A stretch of 64,000 bases of DNA, from the IMG/VR virus record IMGVR_UViG_3300006931_000029, positions 160,955 to 224,954 of that record; one strand, 5' to 3'. The stretch's first letter is position 1, and each line of letters begins with the position of its first letter. The notes beneath the pieces are model-generated. The model saw only the letters and a program-made list of their open reading frames with translations, had not been told where the DNA came from and did not search any database. Both the position numbers and the translations under genes were made by a program. Positions 40,640 through 50,137 of the stretch are shown here, piece after piece.

Positions 40640-41395
40640 CTAGATTGGGTTGTAGCCAAGAACTGGAGTCCACTTTGTCGAGAGTCTTTTCAAGTCTCGG
40701 GCGACTAGAGCGTTGTCGAACAGCGCGTGATTGTTTTGAATTGAACCGAATTTGAAGTGAAGACAGTCCATCCCGAGCAGCACACTCTGAAGTCCGGCAT
40801 GCTTTGCCTTAAGAGCGTAGTCGTCCCACCAGTACCATCCTTCGTAGTCCATGTCAGGACCGCCGATTTTTTCGATGAGCTTTCTGGTATAGACAACCGG
40901 ACCTGTGTTCATCTGAGACCGAGGAACATATTCGCCGATGGCAAGCTTCTTCCTTGCCGTATCCGACGAACTGAATGGCGATGACACCATGTTAGTGTAG
41001 TTTCGCTCGTAACCGTCGCGACCGCTGATCCATCCTAGGTTGTCACCGTACTCTTCCATGATCCGGCGGATGTCGTCGACGATGGTTTTACCTACGAATT
41101 TGTTGTCGTCGTGAGGCACGATTAGATAGTCACAGTCGGTGTCCATGAACCGACTGATAAGACGGCTGTGGACGCCGTGCTCCAGGACGTGAGTGCTTGA
41201 AGAATCGTACGACCACGAGTAGTCGATCAGGAGAGTGGGCGCTAGCTCGAGGAAATTGAGCATCGACCGGTCAGTGCACGCCTCGAAAAAGAAAGAGACG
41301 TGACTGCCCTTTGGGAAACAATCGGTAATGCCGGTGATCATCCACTCGATCATGTCCTGCTTGCCGAAAACGCCAACACCAATCATTGCCTTCAT
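40640..41395 (-). CDS. GT2-like glycosyltransferase
   Basis: CDYLIVPHDD, LIEKIGGPD, WWDDYALKAKHAG. Confidence 0.75.
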   Translation of the reverse strand: MKAMIGVGVFGKQDMIEWMITGITDCFPKGSHVSFFFEACTDRSMLNFLELAPTLLIDYSWSYDSSSTHVLEHGVHSRLISRFMDTDCDYLIVPHDDNKFVGKTIVDDIRRIMEEYGDNLGWISGRDGYERNYTNMVSSPFSSSDTARKKLAIGEYVPRSQMNTGPVVYTRKLIEKIGGPDMDYEGWYWWDDYALKAKHAGLQSVLLGMDCLHFKFGSIQNNHALFDNALVARDLKRLSTKWTPVLGYNPI

Positions 41396-41976
41396 AGTTT
41401 TTTCGCGACGGTTAGCGAAAAACCTTCGCCGATGATTTGCCACGCAGATTGGTCGTAGACTTTTTCCTGAGCAACTCTCGACGGTCCAGGATGGAACTTA
41501 GGTCCTCCTGGCCGTGACATTCTGGAATCATGAATAGCGAAGATTCCTCCCTGCTTAAGTAAGGGAACCCATTGGTTGTAGTCTCTCAGCACCGCCTCGT
41601 AAGCATGGTCGCCGTCGATAAACAAGAAGTCCAGTGGTTCTGTCCACGTAGGAGCAATCTTTTCCGAGAAATCTTTGACAAACGTCCAGCGCGAACCGAA
41701 CGGCTTGAGATTGTTCAGCAGGCGTGGTTCATTACCCTTAAGGCTTGACTCCATTGAATCAGCGACTAGTGGATCGACTGACGTGAGATGAAGATCGGAC
41801 ACTGTCAAGATAACGCACGAGCTGAATCCGTCAAGACAGCCAATCTCTACGCCCTTGCCGCCGACTCCGGCTAAAACACGTTTGAACAGATCGCATTCTT
41901 CACCAGCAAGTCCGGAAAACGTGAGCGGGTCAAGATGCGGGATTTCGAGTGCCATTTTCCTACCTAAGGACAGCAA
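41392..41976 (-). CDS. Class I SAM methyltransferase (Methyltransf_24-like)
   Basis: VEIGCLDGFSS, LDFLFIDGDHAYEAV..D, LKQGGIFAIHD. Start is either TTG 41976 or ATG 41955. Confidence 0.85.
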   Translation of the reverse strand: MLSLGRKMALEIPHLDPLTFSGLAGEECDLFKRVLAGVGGKGVEIGCLDGFSSCVILTVSDLHLTSVDPLVADSMESSLKGNEPRLLNNLKPFGSRWTFVKDFSEKIAPTWTEPLDFLFIDGDHAYEAVLRDYNQWVPLLKQGGIFAIHDSRMSRPGGPKFHPGPSRVAQEKVYDQSAWQIIGEGFSLTVAKKL

Positions 41977-43526
41977 ACCGGCGCAAGAACAAAAACTAGC
42001 GATCCAGGTTTCAACCCAGACTATGAAGTTTCATCGGATAAATCAAGGATGTTCAACGCTTAACCAATAGGTATGAATGGAACCATTGCTTACCTGATGG
42101 AACTAACGCTACGATGATCTATCGCACTCCCCCTACGTTCGAAAGACTAATTGGCAACGCGCACAGACCCGCTCAAGACTTCTATGAAGCGTGGCGTGCG
42201 AGTTCCAGTATGTCGATCTCCTCGCGGAGACGAAAATACTCCGATGTCCACTCCTTGGAGCCTCTCAACACCCCTATCGAATTGATAGAGCACTGGTGCA
42301 GAGAGCACAATGGGCGGAGATAGGGTTCGACAGTACAACCGTTCGCTCCCATGAACGGTAGGTTAGGGTGATTGGTTGGTTGGAGAGTAATGCCGAAGCG
42401 CGTCTGTGCGTAATCTTTGGCCATCTGGCAATACTCTCGGTCGCAACAACGGTTGGGCCGAATCTCCTCGATGATGTTGCAGTGCGGCGTGCCGCATTTG
42501 GCACAGGTATGATCGGCCATCTTTCGCCATAGAGCGATCAGCTCTGGCGTCTCTTGTCTAAGAGGTTTGAGAATCGGTGTGAGGGATTCGGACGACAATG
42601 CCTGGTCCGACGGCTTGCTGGTCGTCGATCTTGACGCCGATGGAACGGAGGAATTGCCGGTTTTTCTCGGCCTGTGGGAATCTGGTTTTGTGTCCGCTGC
42701 GGAGGGCATAGGTGGTTTCGACCAGCAGGTCAGTAAGGGTTTTTTCGAGCTCGGTCATCATGGCGCTTTCTTGAGAGAATTCTTGACGTCGCGCCGAAAG
42801 CCTTCGCCCTTATCGCACTGGAAGTTGCGACCATTGCCCATGCTGTACGACGTGAGACAAGTCGAGCAGCGGAATGATCCGCCTTTCGTGCCCTTGGCGT
42901 ACGGGATAAACTCCCATGTGTGACCGTTAACGTCGGCTGGTTTTTCGTTAGGAAACATTGGAGAGAGCGGTTCGGAGTGCCTTGGTTACTTCTACGGCAG
43001 AAGGGTACCCGAAAAGGCGTAGTTGATCTCGAACAGCGACAGTTGGTTCGTAAGCCGTTCCGAGAAGTCTTGGACCACCGACTGACATTGGGACTTGAAG
43101 ACCGGAGACGATTGCTCCTAGGTTGGCGATGATCTTTTCCTGCTCTGGTGTGAATTGTTTAGGCATGAGAATGATTGGTCCGCGAGCTGCGATCCGTCCG
43201 CAACCTTCGCAAGGATGAGTCAGGTGTGATTTGCAACCTCGATGGTGGCACGGTTCACCGTCTTTTAGATGAGACCGCATGCTGCTTCAAGTTCGTGGCC
43301 TTCTCGAACTGAGCGCTCGTGCAGCGCTGTTTCGTCTTTCGTGGCTGGACGCATTTTATCGAAGTCGAACAACTTGCTGCCGGCCGGTTGGACTACGACG
43401 CCGGGAACCCCATCTAGGCGAAACGTTTCGATTCCCAGCGCCATCAAAACGTTGTCGACTCCGACCACGTCAACCAACGACATCAGGCGTTCTTCTTCGG
43501 TCGGGATGTATCGTTCCATGACGGCC

Positions 43527-43562
43527 ATCCTACACTTCAGTTGTATTTTGTAAACAAAAAAG
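43527..43562 (-). promoter_or_regulatory. Sigma70-like early promoter
   Basis: TTTACA-N16-TAGGAT-N7-ATG(43519). Confidence 0.7.
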
Positions 43563-44173
43563 AATAGAAAAGTTTCACAGCTGAACTTTCTCGACGTGCT
43601 GGGTAAAGATAGCCCAGATAGCGTCGGTGCTTGAATCACGGACTCCCGACCAGTCGCCTTCCATTGCCATCTCTGGATGGTCGGTCATGCTAGCGATCTT
43701 CGGGTCGGTCCAGACAGTAAGCGAACGGATAGCGCCGAGTGGCAACCACATACCGAAGGCACAGAGGTCAGAAGTGCATTCGATTTTGACGTCGAAATCT
43801 CGGTTTGACTTACGTTCGATGCTGACAACCTTGGCGTTCGTCATGCCCATATTTTGGGCAAGGTCCACGAAGATGCGATCAGCTAGAAGTCTCTCGGCTG
43901 GGCGGAGGTTGATGTCGATTTCAGACGGGTTCATCGGGAAGAGAGATGAGATGGTTGATCGCTGCAACGGCCTTGAGAAAGTTCTCGACGTTGGCGACGA
44001 GGAACTGGCCGCTAGGAAAGAGATTGTCCGTAACGTCCTTGTGGTCTTTGTTGAACACGCGGAGCTCTGGAATTCTGCTCATGATGGTGGTACAGCTGAT
44101 CTTGAAACCCTCGTGTTCGAAAACGGCTTGGGCTTCTTGCGGCGTAGAGTCGATGGCGTAGATGCGGAGCATG

Positions 44174-44680
44174 TTATTTGAGGAGAAGTTGAGGTGCTGG
44201 AAGCGAGAGATTCATCTTGAGTTGGACGGGTTTTGGCATGAACCACGCTTTGACTTCTTTCCACGAACCCTTGACAACCGGTTCATCCCAATTATTTGCA
44301 CAAAAGACTTCCCAACCGGCGAAGCCCCATGCGTTACGGTTAACAGCGAAGAGCACGTCACCTGATTTACGGTCGCAAATCTTGAAGCTATCGTAGGTCG
44401 GGAATTTTGCAGCTGGGCAGTTGTTTTTGAAGAAGACGTAGCAATCTTCGGCCTTGAACTTCTCCGAGTGGATGATGCTCTTAGCGGCACTCCACAGCCG
44501 CTTGCCGCGATTGAACAGGCTGCTCTCGGAGCAGAACCAGTCGTACCATAGCCCGAGAACATTGGCTTCGTTCGCTTCGTGCTTGAGAAGTTGCTGGACT
44601 AGATTGCTTTTATTCGAGCCACTTCCGTCGATGTTTAGCATCGACTTGTTGGCAACGACATGAAATGATGATGAGGCCAT
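44174..44680 (-). CDS. Conserved hypothetical phage protein
   Basis: WYDWFCSESSL, YVFFKNNCP, YDSFKICD. Confidence 0.6.
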   Translation of the reverse strand: MASSSFHVVANKSMLNIDGSGSNKSNLVQQLLKHEANEANVLGLWYDWFCSESSLFNRGKRLWSAAKSIIHSEKFKAEDCYVFFKNNCPAAKFPTYDSFKICDRKSGDVLFAVNRNAWGFAGWEVFCANNWDEPVVKGSWKEVKAWFMPKPVQLKMNLSLPAPQLLLK

Positions 44681-44687
44681 GGTAGGA

Positions 44688-45221
44688 TTATTTCTTGGAG
44701 CGTTCCTGTTCCCAAAGGGCGGTGACGCGATCGATTTCAGATTGAGCGTGAGGAGTTCCGCCGGTGTTCATCTCGAGGTACCATTGAAGCACGTCCGCGT
44801 ACGACGAAAGACTTCCGACTTGAAAGATCAAGCTGGTGCGGCGAGCGATGGTATCGAAATCGTCGTAGTCGAGGAACGAGTGACCGAAGACAGGGATTTC
44901 TCCGCGCAGCATCTTGCGAACAGCCGTGAGACGCTGGAGACCATCGACGAGGTACATCGGTCCCTCAAAATTGTTTTGCCAACCGCGGCAGTTGAAGATG
45001 ATGGTACGGCCAGACTCGCCGCCGCGGATCAGAAACTCGCAGAAGGCGATCTGTTGTTCGCGAGACCAGACGTGGCCACGCTGAAATTCAGGTTCGAGGA
45101 TAAGCGGGCAGGTCCGCCGACCTTCGTCAGACCAACGACCGATCGTGAATTCAACTTCAGCGACCGTCACGTCGATGCGGTAGTGGGCTTGTTTGAGTTG
45201 AGGGATGGCCGAAAGTTTCAT
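44688..45221 (-). CDS. DUF262 (ParB-like) domain protein
   Basis: PEFQRGHVWS, LVDGLQRLTA, MNTGGTPH. Confidence 0.85.
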   Translation of the reverse strand: MKLSAIPQLKQAHYRIDVTVAEVEFTIGRWSDEGRRTCPLILEPEFQRGHVWSREQQIAFCEFLIRGGESGRTIIFNCRGWQNNFEGPMYLVDGLQRLTAVRKMLRGEIPVFGHSFLDYDDFDTIARRTSLIFQVGSLSSYADVLQWYLEMNTGGTPHAQSEIDRVTALWEQERSKK

Positions 45222-45227
45222 GCGAAC

Positions 45228-45293
45228 ATTCAACCCACTTTATTTGAAAATGTAAACAAAAAAGTGTACGGCTCCGCTACTTTATTTTTTACA
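45228..45293 (-). promoter_or_regulatory. Early promoter cassette with an inverted repeat
   Basis: TTTACA-N17-TTGAAT-N6-ATG(45221). 45251-45265 and 45279-45293 form a 13/15 inverted repeat. Confidence 0.75.
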
Positions 45294-45974
45294 ATTGGAA
45301 ACCTATCTCGGCGCCAATCCGAACCGCTTCCGATGGCCAAAAGCGGATAAGTCCAGAAATTGGCTTTCGCGTACGCAGTCTACCTCCGCCAAGAAATTTA
45401 CTAACTGCATCACGTCGCCAGGACGGAGACGAAGCGGACCTTGTTTTTTATCGGCCTCGATGAGTCGTTCGAACACGCTCTTTTCAGCTTTAGATTTTGG
45501 CATTTGAATCTAGCTCCCAGAAATCTGTGTGCCAGCCGGTATTGCAGGTCGACAGCGCGTAGCCGTCAACGTGAACTAGAAGCTGGCCGCGGCGCGTGTA
45601 TCGAATAACCGTTCCCTTATTTCCCCTAGGCATGACGCGAGTTCGTTCGCCTGCTTCAGTTTTCCTCACTCGTTCGCCTGGGTGCAACATTGCCGTTCTG
45701 ACGCCGTTCATTTTTGTGGATATTGTAGACCTTCTTCCTGATGTGCGGAGCCGTCGGTCGATAGATCGTGATGATGAGATTTTGCTTGACGACCAAAACG
45801 AAGCCTCGTCCGTAGATTTTAGAGACGTCCGATTTGGGATCGCTTTTGAGTTTCTTGCCGTTGAGGAAGCAGTATTCGACTTTGGTCCTGGCGCGTTCCG
45901 GCGACTTGCAACCGGTGCGCTCCATGTAACGCTTGACAGCGTGAGCAGAGACAACAGGGATTTGCACACTCAAT

Positions 45975-46205
45975 CTACAGGCGAGAGACTCTTTCGTCGA
46001 TTGCATTTGGCAGGTCCTGCATGGCTTCGAATTGCTTTGGTGAGAGGACTTCTAGCTGTCCTCCGGTTTTGTGATCGAACACTAAACGACCTTTCTTCGT
46101 GGGTACATCTCCCGCTTTCTTCAAACACGAAACGCACATGGTTGCGTCTGGAACAGCTTCCAAACGTTCCGGTGGAATCGGGTTCTTGCAGCGGGAGCAG
46201 TTCAT
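45975..46205 (-). CDS. TraR/DksA C4 zinc-finger protein
   Basis: CSRCKNPIPPERLEAVPDATMCVSC. Confidence 0.85.
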   Translation of the reverse strand: MNCSRCKNPIPPERLEAVPDATMCVSCLKKAGDVPTKKGRLVFDHKTGGQLEVLSPKQFEAMQDLPNAIDERVSRL

Positions 46206-46777
46206 CGAAGGGCGGCGTATGGTTTCCGTTCGAAGAGAATGTAGTGAGCGAGAAGGTACTTGGTGCGCATCGCCTTCTGACGACCCTTGCTCGGAATGCC
46301 CTTGATGTCTTCCCAGTTCACGTTCATGTCTTCCTCCTTTACCAACAGGACGATCCAGTCGCCATCGTCTCTGATCGAAATGATGTAGTCAAGGTAGTCT
46401 CCGCCGGTTGTGTTGGACAACTTGTCGATGCACTTGATGGCGAGGTCAACGGCAACGGCAGGAATGCCTTCGGCTAACCAACGATCCCTCAAAGGAAATC
46501 CTGGTTTGTCTTCCTTCACATCGTGGCCGATAGCGGTCAACAAAGCGACAAGGAGAAACATAGATGTGTCGTCAGCCAGACCATAGAAACCGGCGACCAA
46601 CTTAACCTCAGGATACGCCATCGAACTGATCTTGTCGTGAACGCGTCGTGCCACCTCAACCGGATGCTCGACGTACGGCGTTGTCTGGTCGGCTCGGAAC
46701 TGGTCGGCGTGTGCGTCTCGGACTACGACTTCGGCGCGATAGAAATGTTTGCTGACGTCTGCGAGGGATATGCTCAT
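46202..46777 (-). CDS. HD-domain hydrolase (SpoT/Mesh1-like small alarmone hydrolase family)
   Basis: AHADQFRADQTTPYVEHPVEVA and AIGHDVKED. Confidence 0.75.
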   Translation of the reverse strand: MSISLADVSKHFYRAEVVVRDAHADQFRADQTTPYVEHPVEVARRVHDKISSMAYPEVKLVAGFYGLADDTSMFLLVALLTAIGHDVKEDKPGFPLRDRWLAEGIPAVAVDLAIKCIDKLSNTTGGDYLDYIISIRDDGDWIVLLVKEEDMNVNWEDIKGIPSKGRQKAMRTKYLLAHYILFERKPYAALR

Positions 46778-47643
46778 GGTTGGAGATTGACGATTCGGTA
46801 GGTTTGTCCAGCGGAGTCTTTCCACTCTTCGGGACCAACCCACGTCGACTTGATTTTGATTTTGCGGATGTTGCCTTGTGCGTCTCTGCGAAACCGTTCA
46901 GATTTCAGCATGCGTTCGTGCGCTCGGCGGGTATGCGCTATGCGAGTGATTTCTCTGCTAGGGTCTTGGTTGACCGTTGCGCCACGAACAACCATCTTAT
47001 CGTTCGCTGCGTGCGTCCGATGAATTACTGTGTAGTGCTCCCGAGCTTTTGCCCACTGAACGGATTTTCCGGGGCGGGTCGGTTCAACCTTGGCGACGAA
47101 ATTACCAGGGCGAAGGTACTCAAGCGAAATAGATTCAAGGCAGACGATGAGAATCGTGACGGCGCGATCAAGTGCGGCTTGGGCCGTCGGTTCAAGAATC
47201 TGAGAACCGTATGGACCTTTCGTGATCTCCTTGCCGTTGTCATGGCGGAATGCCCGACTGTTCCAGTCAGCGACGCCAGGTTTAGGCGTGGCGTTGAGGA
47301 ACACCTTCAGGATCATTTTCTTTCCATCGATGTTGTTGGTCACGACAGCCACGGTTCGAAGCATCGCGTCGTGCCGTTCGCAGACCCCGTAGTGCGTTCC
47401 CCACTTAGTCCGAATCCAGTACCGGAAAGATTGGAATGGCGTTTCAAAAACCTTTCCGAAGAAGTTCAGCGTAGTGCTGAGCCGCGCATCCATCTGCTCC
47501 TTCGTCTCGTTGCCGAAGTCATACGTGATCAACGGCCACGTCTTGAAATGCTCTAGCTGCTTCATCGTCTCGGCCCGACCTGCGTCAGGGTAGGCGATGT
47601 CGATTGCTCGAACAAGCTCTTCGTTAATGGTGATCGGATTCAC
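46774..47643 (-). CDS. Hypothetical protein
   Basis: 289 aa with a basic C-terminal HTRRAHERML...WVGP. First gene after an early promoter. Confidence 0.65.
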   Translation of the reverse strand: MNPITINEELVRAIDIAYPDAGRAETMKQLEHFKTWPLITYDFGNETKEQMDARLSTTLNFFGKVFETPFQSFRYWIRTKWGTHYGVCERHDAMLRTVAVVTNNIDGKKMILKVFLNATPKPGVADWNSRAFRHDNGKEITKGPYGSQILEPTAQAALDRAVTILIVCLESISLEYLRPGNFVAKVEPTRPGKSVQWAKAREHYTVIHRTHAANDKMVVRGATVNQDPSREITRIAHTRRAHERMLKSERFRRDAQGNIRKIKIKSTWVGPEEWKDSAGQTYRIVNLQP

Positions 47644-47650
47644 TTAGACC

Positions 47651-47685
47651 ACCATACCGTTGGGACGGATTTTGTAAACAAAAAT
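47651..47685 (-). promoter_or_regulatory. Sigma70-like early promoter
   Basis: TTTACA-N16-TATGGT-N7-GTG(47643). Confidence 0.7.
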
Positions 47686-49217
47686 TTATGGCTTATGCCC
47701 AAAAGACACCCCTGTCGATCAAGTTGTCGATGTCGACTCCATGGGAGTAACCCTTCTGACTAATCCAGCAACGATGGCGCGCGTCTTCTGTAGGAAATCC
47801 CCATGGCCATTCGTTCGCGATCGACGTGAGCGTAATCAACTCCTGATCCTGTCCGTAAAGGCGGTGAAGAGTGTAGCACCACATCACGGCGTCGCCCGGC
47901 CCTTTGCAGAGATTTAACACGTAAAAGAAAACCTCAATGGTCAACTGCGTAGACTCGTGCATTCTACCTGCGAAGACTTTGAAACCAAAGCCTTCAGAGA
48001 CTTTAGCAATGACGGAGGCGTGACGATTGTTCGCTAGATTAGTACGATCAAACGGCGTCAACTTGCCTTCTTTTTCATCTTCGCTCTCGGCGGCCAAAAG
48101 CTGCAGAAACATCAAGCTCTGGTCCGGGGTCATCGGCTCGATGTCCTCCTTAGCTCGAAAGTCGAGCAACGATTTCAAGACGATCTTCTCGCCTGTTTTC
48201 GGACTGATAGTGATGTCTGGTTTGTCGCTCATTTGATGTTGAGAAGTTTCTTGGCTGCTGCTTCGACCTGAGGATCAAGCCAGTCCTTTTTAGAAGGAAG
48301 ATCGGAGATGATCTGGCGCAAAAGGCTCTCCGCTAGATTCTCACCGTTCAAGGGTTGACGACCGACCACGGCGTTGTTTAGAATCGTTGTTGCGTCGAGA
48401 GCCGTTGAATCCATCGCCATTTGAAGCTGCTCAAAGCTTCCGCAGTCCTTACGAGCGTCAAAGTTATCGGGCAAGATGGCGATCGCCTGCACCTCGATGT
48501 AGGTCTTTCCCTTGAGCGGGCCTTTAGTGACGTGACCGCGGTAATTTACCCGGTCCCATGTCCATCTAATTATTGCCGGAAGATTGGCGGGCTTTTCTGG
48601 AAGATCGATTCTCTTCGACGACATAGTAGGCAGCGGTTGAAGCCAGGACTTGGCCAGTTGTGAGAAGGAAAGCTAGAAGGAGTTTGAACCAGACGCTAAT
48701 CGACTGACCGAATGGTAACATCAACGTCAGGATGTAGACCGCGCCTACGTTGAACAGAAAGGCGAAGGCGGTGAGCGTGGTTGAGATAGGGGGCGACTTC
48801 AAGGTTTGGTTTTCTTCCGATGATCGTAGACGATGTGCTTCTGTTCTTCGGCATGCATGCGAGGAGCGAAGACGTGGCACTTCCCATCGTCTAGCAAGAA
48901 CTCACGGTGGATCGTGTCGGCAGGAAGATTGGCGTCAGGCTTGGACATTTCAACAACGGCTGTTTCTGGTTTTTGAACCAATTCGCCTTTCCACATTCTT
49001 CCGCTTACCTTGGGAACGACCGGAGCTTCGTCTCGCTGTTGTCGTTTGCCGGCTTTCGAGACATAGGTCTTGAGCAGGATTTCCAAACTACCTGCTTTCT
49101 CGATACGACCTCGAATGTACTCAGGATCGGAATAAACGACCTCGTCTCCAGTGACTGAACACTTCAGCGTGAGAGGGCAGGGAAAGCCAAGAGTCGGGTT
49201 GATCGGGTTGATGCCGC

Positions 49218-49433
49218 TCATGTGAGGAACGACTTTGAAGGAACGAACTTCACTACTGATCGGGCCTGAACCTTGACGATTTGACCGCTCGGCAAACGCT
49301 GGTTGCCGGCTTTCTTCTTCACGATCTTGAAGGTGCCGAAACCGCGGATTGACAGCTTTCCGTTCTGGCGAACGGATTGCCGGATGTCACTCAGAAAATT
49401 CTGCAGATTTGGTGCAAGAGGCTTGACGATCAT
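49218..49433 (-). CDS. HU/IHF-family DNA-binding protein
   Basis: LSIRGFGTFKIV...GQIVKVQARSVVKFVPSK. Confidence 0.8.
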   Translation of the reverse strand: MIVKPLAPNLQNFLSDIRQSVRQNGKLSIRGFGTFKIVKKKAGNQRLPSGQIVKVQARSVVKFVPSKSFLT

Positions 49434-49439
49434 GAAGCC

Positions 49440-49477
49440 ATCCTACACTTTGGTTGGAATTTGTAAACAAAAAAGTG
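49440..49477 (-). promoter_or_regulatory. Sigma70-like early promoter
   Basis: TTTACA-N16-TAGGAT-N6-ATG(49433). Confidence 0.7.
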
Positions 49478-49496
49478 TTGGCCTATTTCAGCCAAA

Positions 49497-50000
49497 CTAG
49501 CGCTTTGCGGTCCCAACTCCATCGTTTTTCTCGATGATGTCTAGGAACGCAAATGTTTTTCCTGAGTACGCGTAGCCCAGCAAGATCGATTCAAACTCCT
49601 GGTCTGTGATCCACGAAAAACCCTGCTCCTTCACATACTCAATTGCGCCGTCGGGATTGAAACGCACCAGTCGTTGATTGACGAGCCGAGCTTCAGATGG
49701 AATCTTCACCACGATTGGTAGTGTCACGACGCTCGCGACTCGCACGAACGGAGACGTGCGGTGCCAACCAGGGTGTTGAACCGTCACAGACCCGTCGCTC
49801 GAGTCGTACGCCAACCCAACGTGGTTGAGCGAAATATGGTTCAAGCAGAGAATGTAGAAAAGTGGAGCGCCGAAAACCAGGATTACGGCTAAAGCGATGA
49901 GAGACCAACGAAGTATAGAGCGCATAGTACTGCCAGGAGAACGATAAATCTCCTCCAGCGCCGGGTCATACCCGAGTTTTGCTGAAGGAGATTTGCTCAT
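49497..50000 (-). CDS. Membrane-anchored SPFH-like protein
   Basis: TM helix followed by HVGLAYD...PGWHRTSPF. Confidence 0.45.
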   Translation of the reverse strand: MSKSPSAKLGYDPALEEIYRSPGSTMRSILRWSLIALAVILVFGAPLFYILCLNHISLNHVGLAYDSSDGSVTVQHPGWHRTSPFVRVASVVTLPIVVKIPSEARLVNQRLVRFNPDGAIEYVKEQGFSWITDQEFESILLGYAYSGKTFAFLDIIEKNDGVGTAKR

Positions 50001-50003
50001 TGG

Positions 50004-50120
50004 TTAAGAAGCCGGAGCTTCGGTTGGAGCTGGCGTGGCTGGTGTCGGTTCGGCCGGTGCAGGCGTTGCGACTTTCGGTTTGCCAGCTGAGGTTTCGTTA
50101 TCTTCTGCGGGAGCGCCCAT
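50004..50120 (-). CDS. 38-aa Pro/Ala/Thr-rich peptide
   Basis: MGAPAEDNETSAGKPKVATPAPAEPTPATPAPTEAPAS. Its leader CAGGACATCACC-ATGGG resembles that of the vWA gene. Confidence 0.55.
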   Translation of the reverse strand: MGAPAEDNETSAGKPKVATPAPAEPTPATPAPTEAPAS

Positions 50121-50137
50121 GGTGATGTCCTGTTGGT

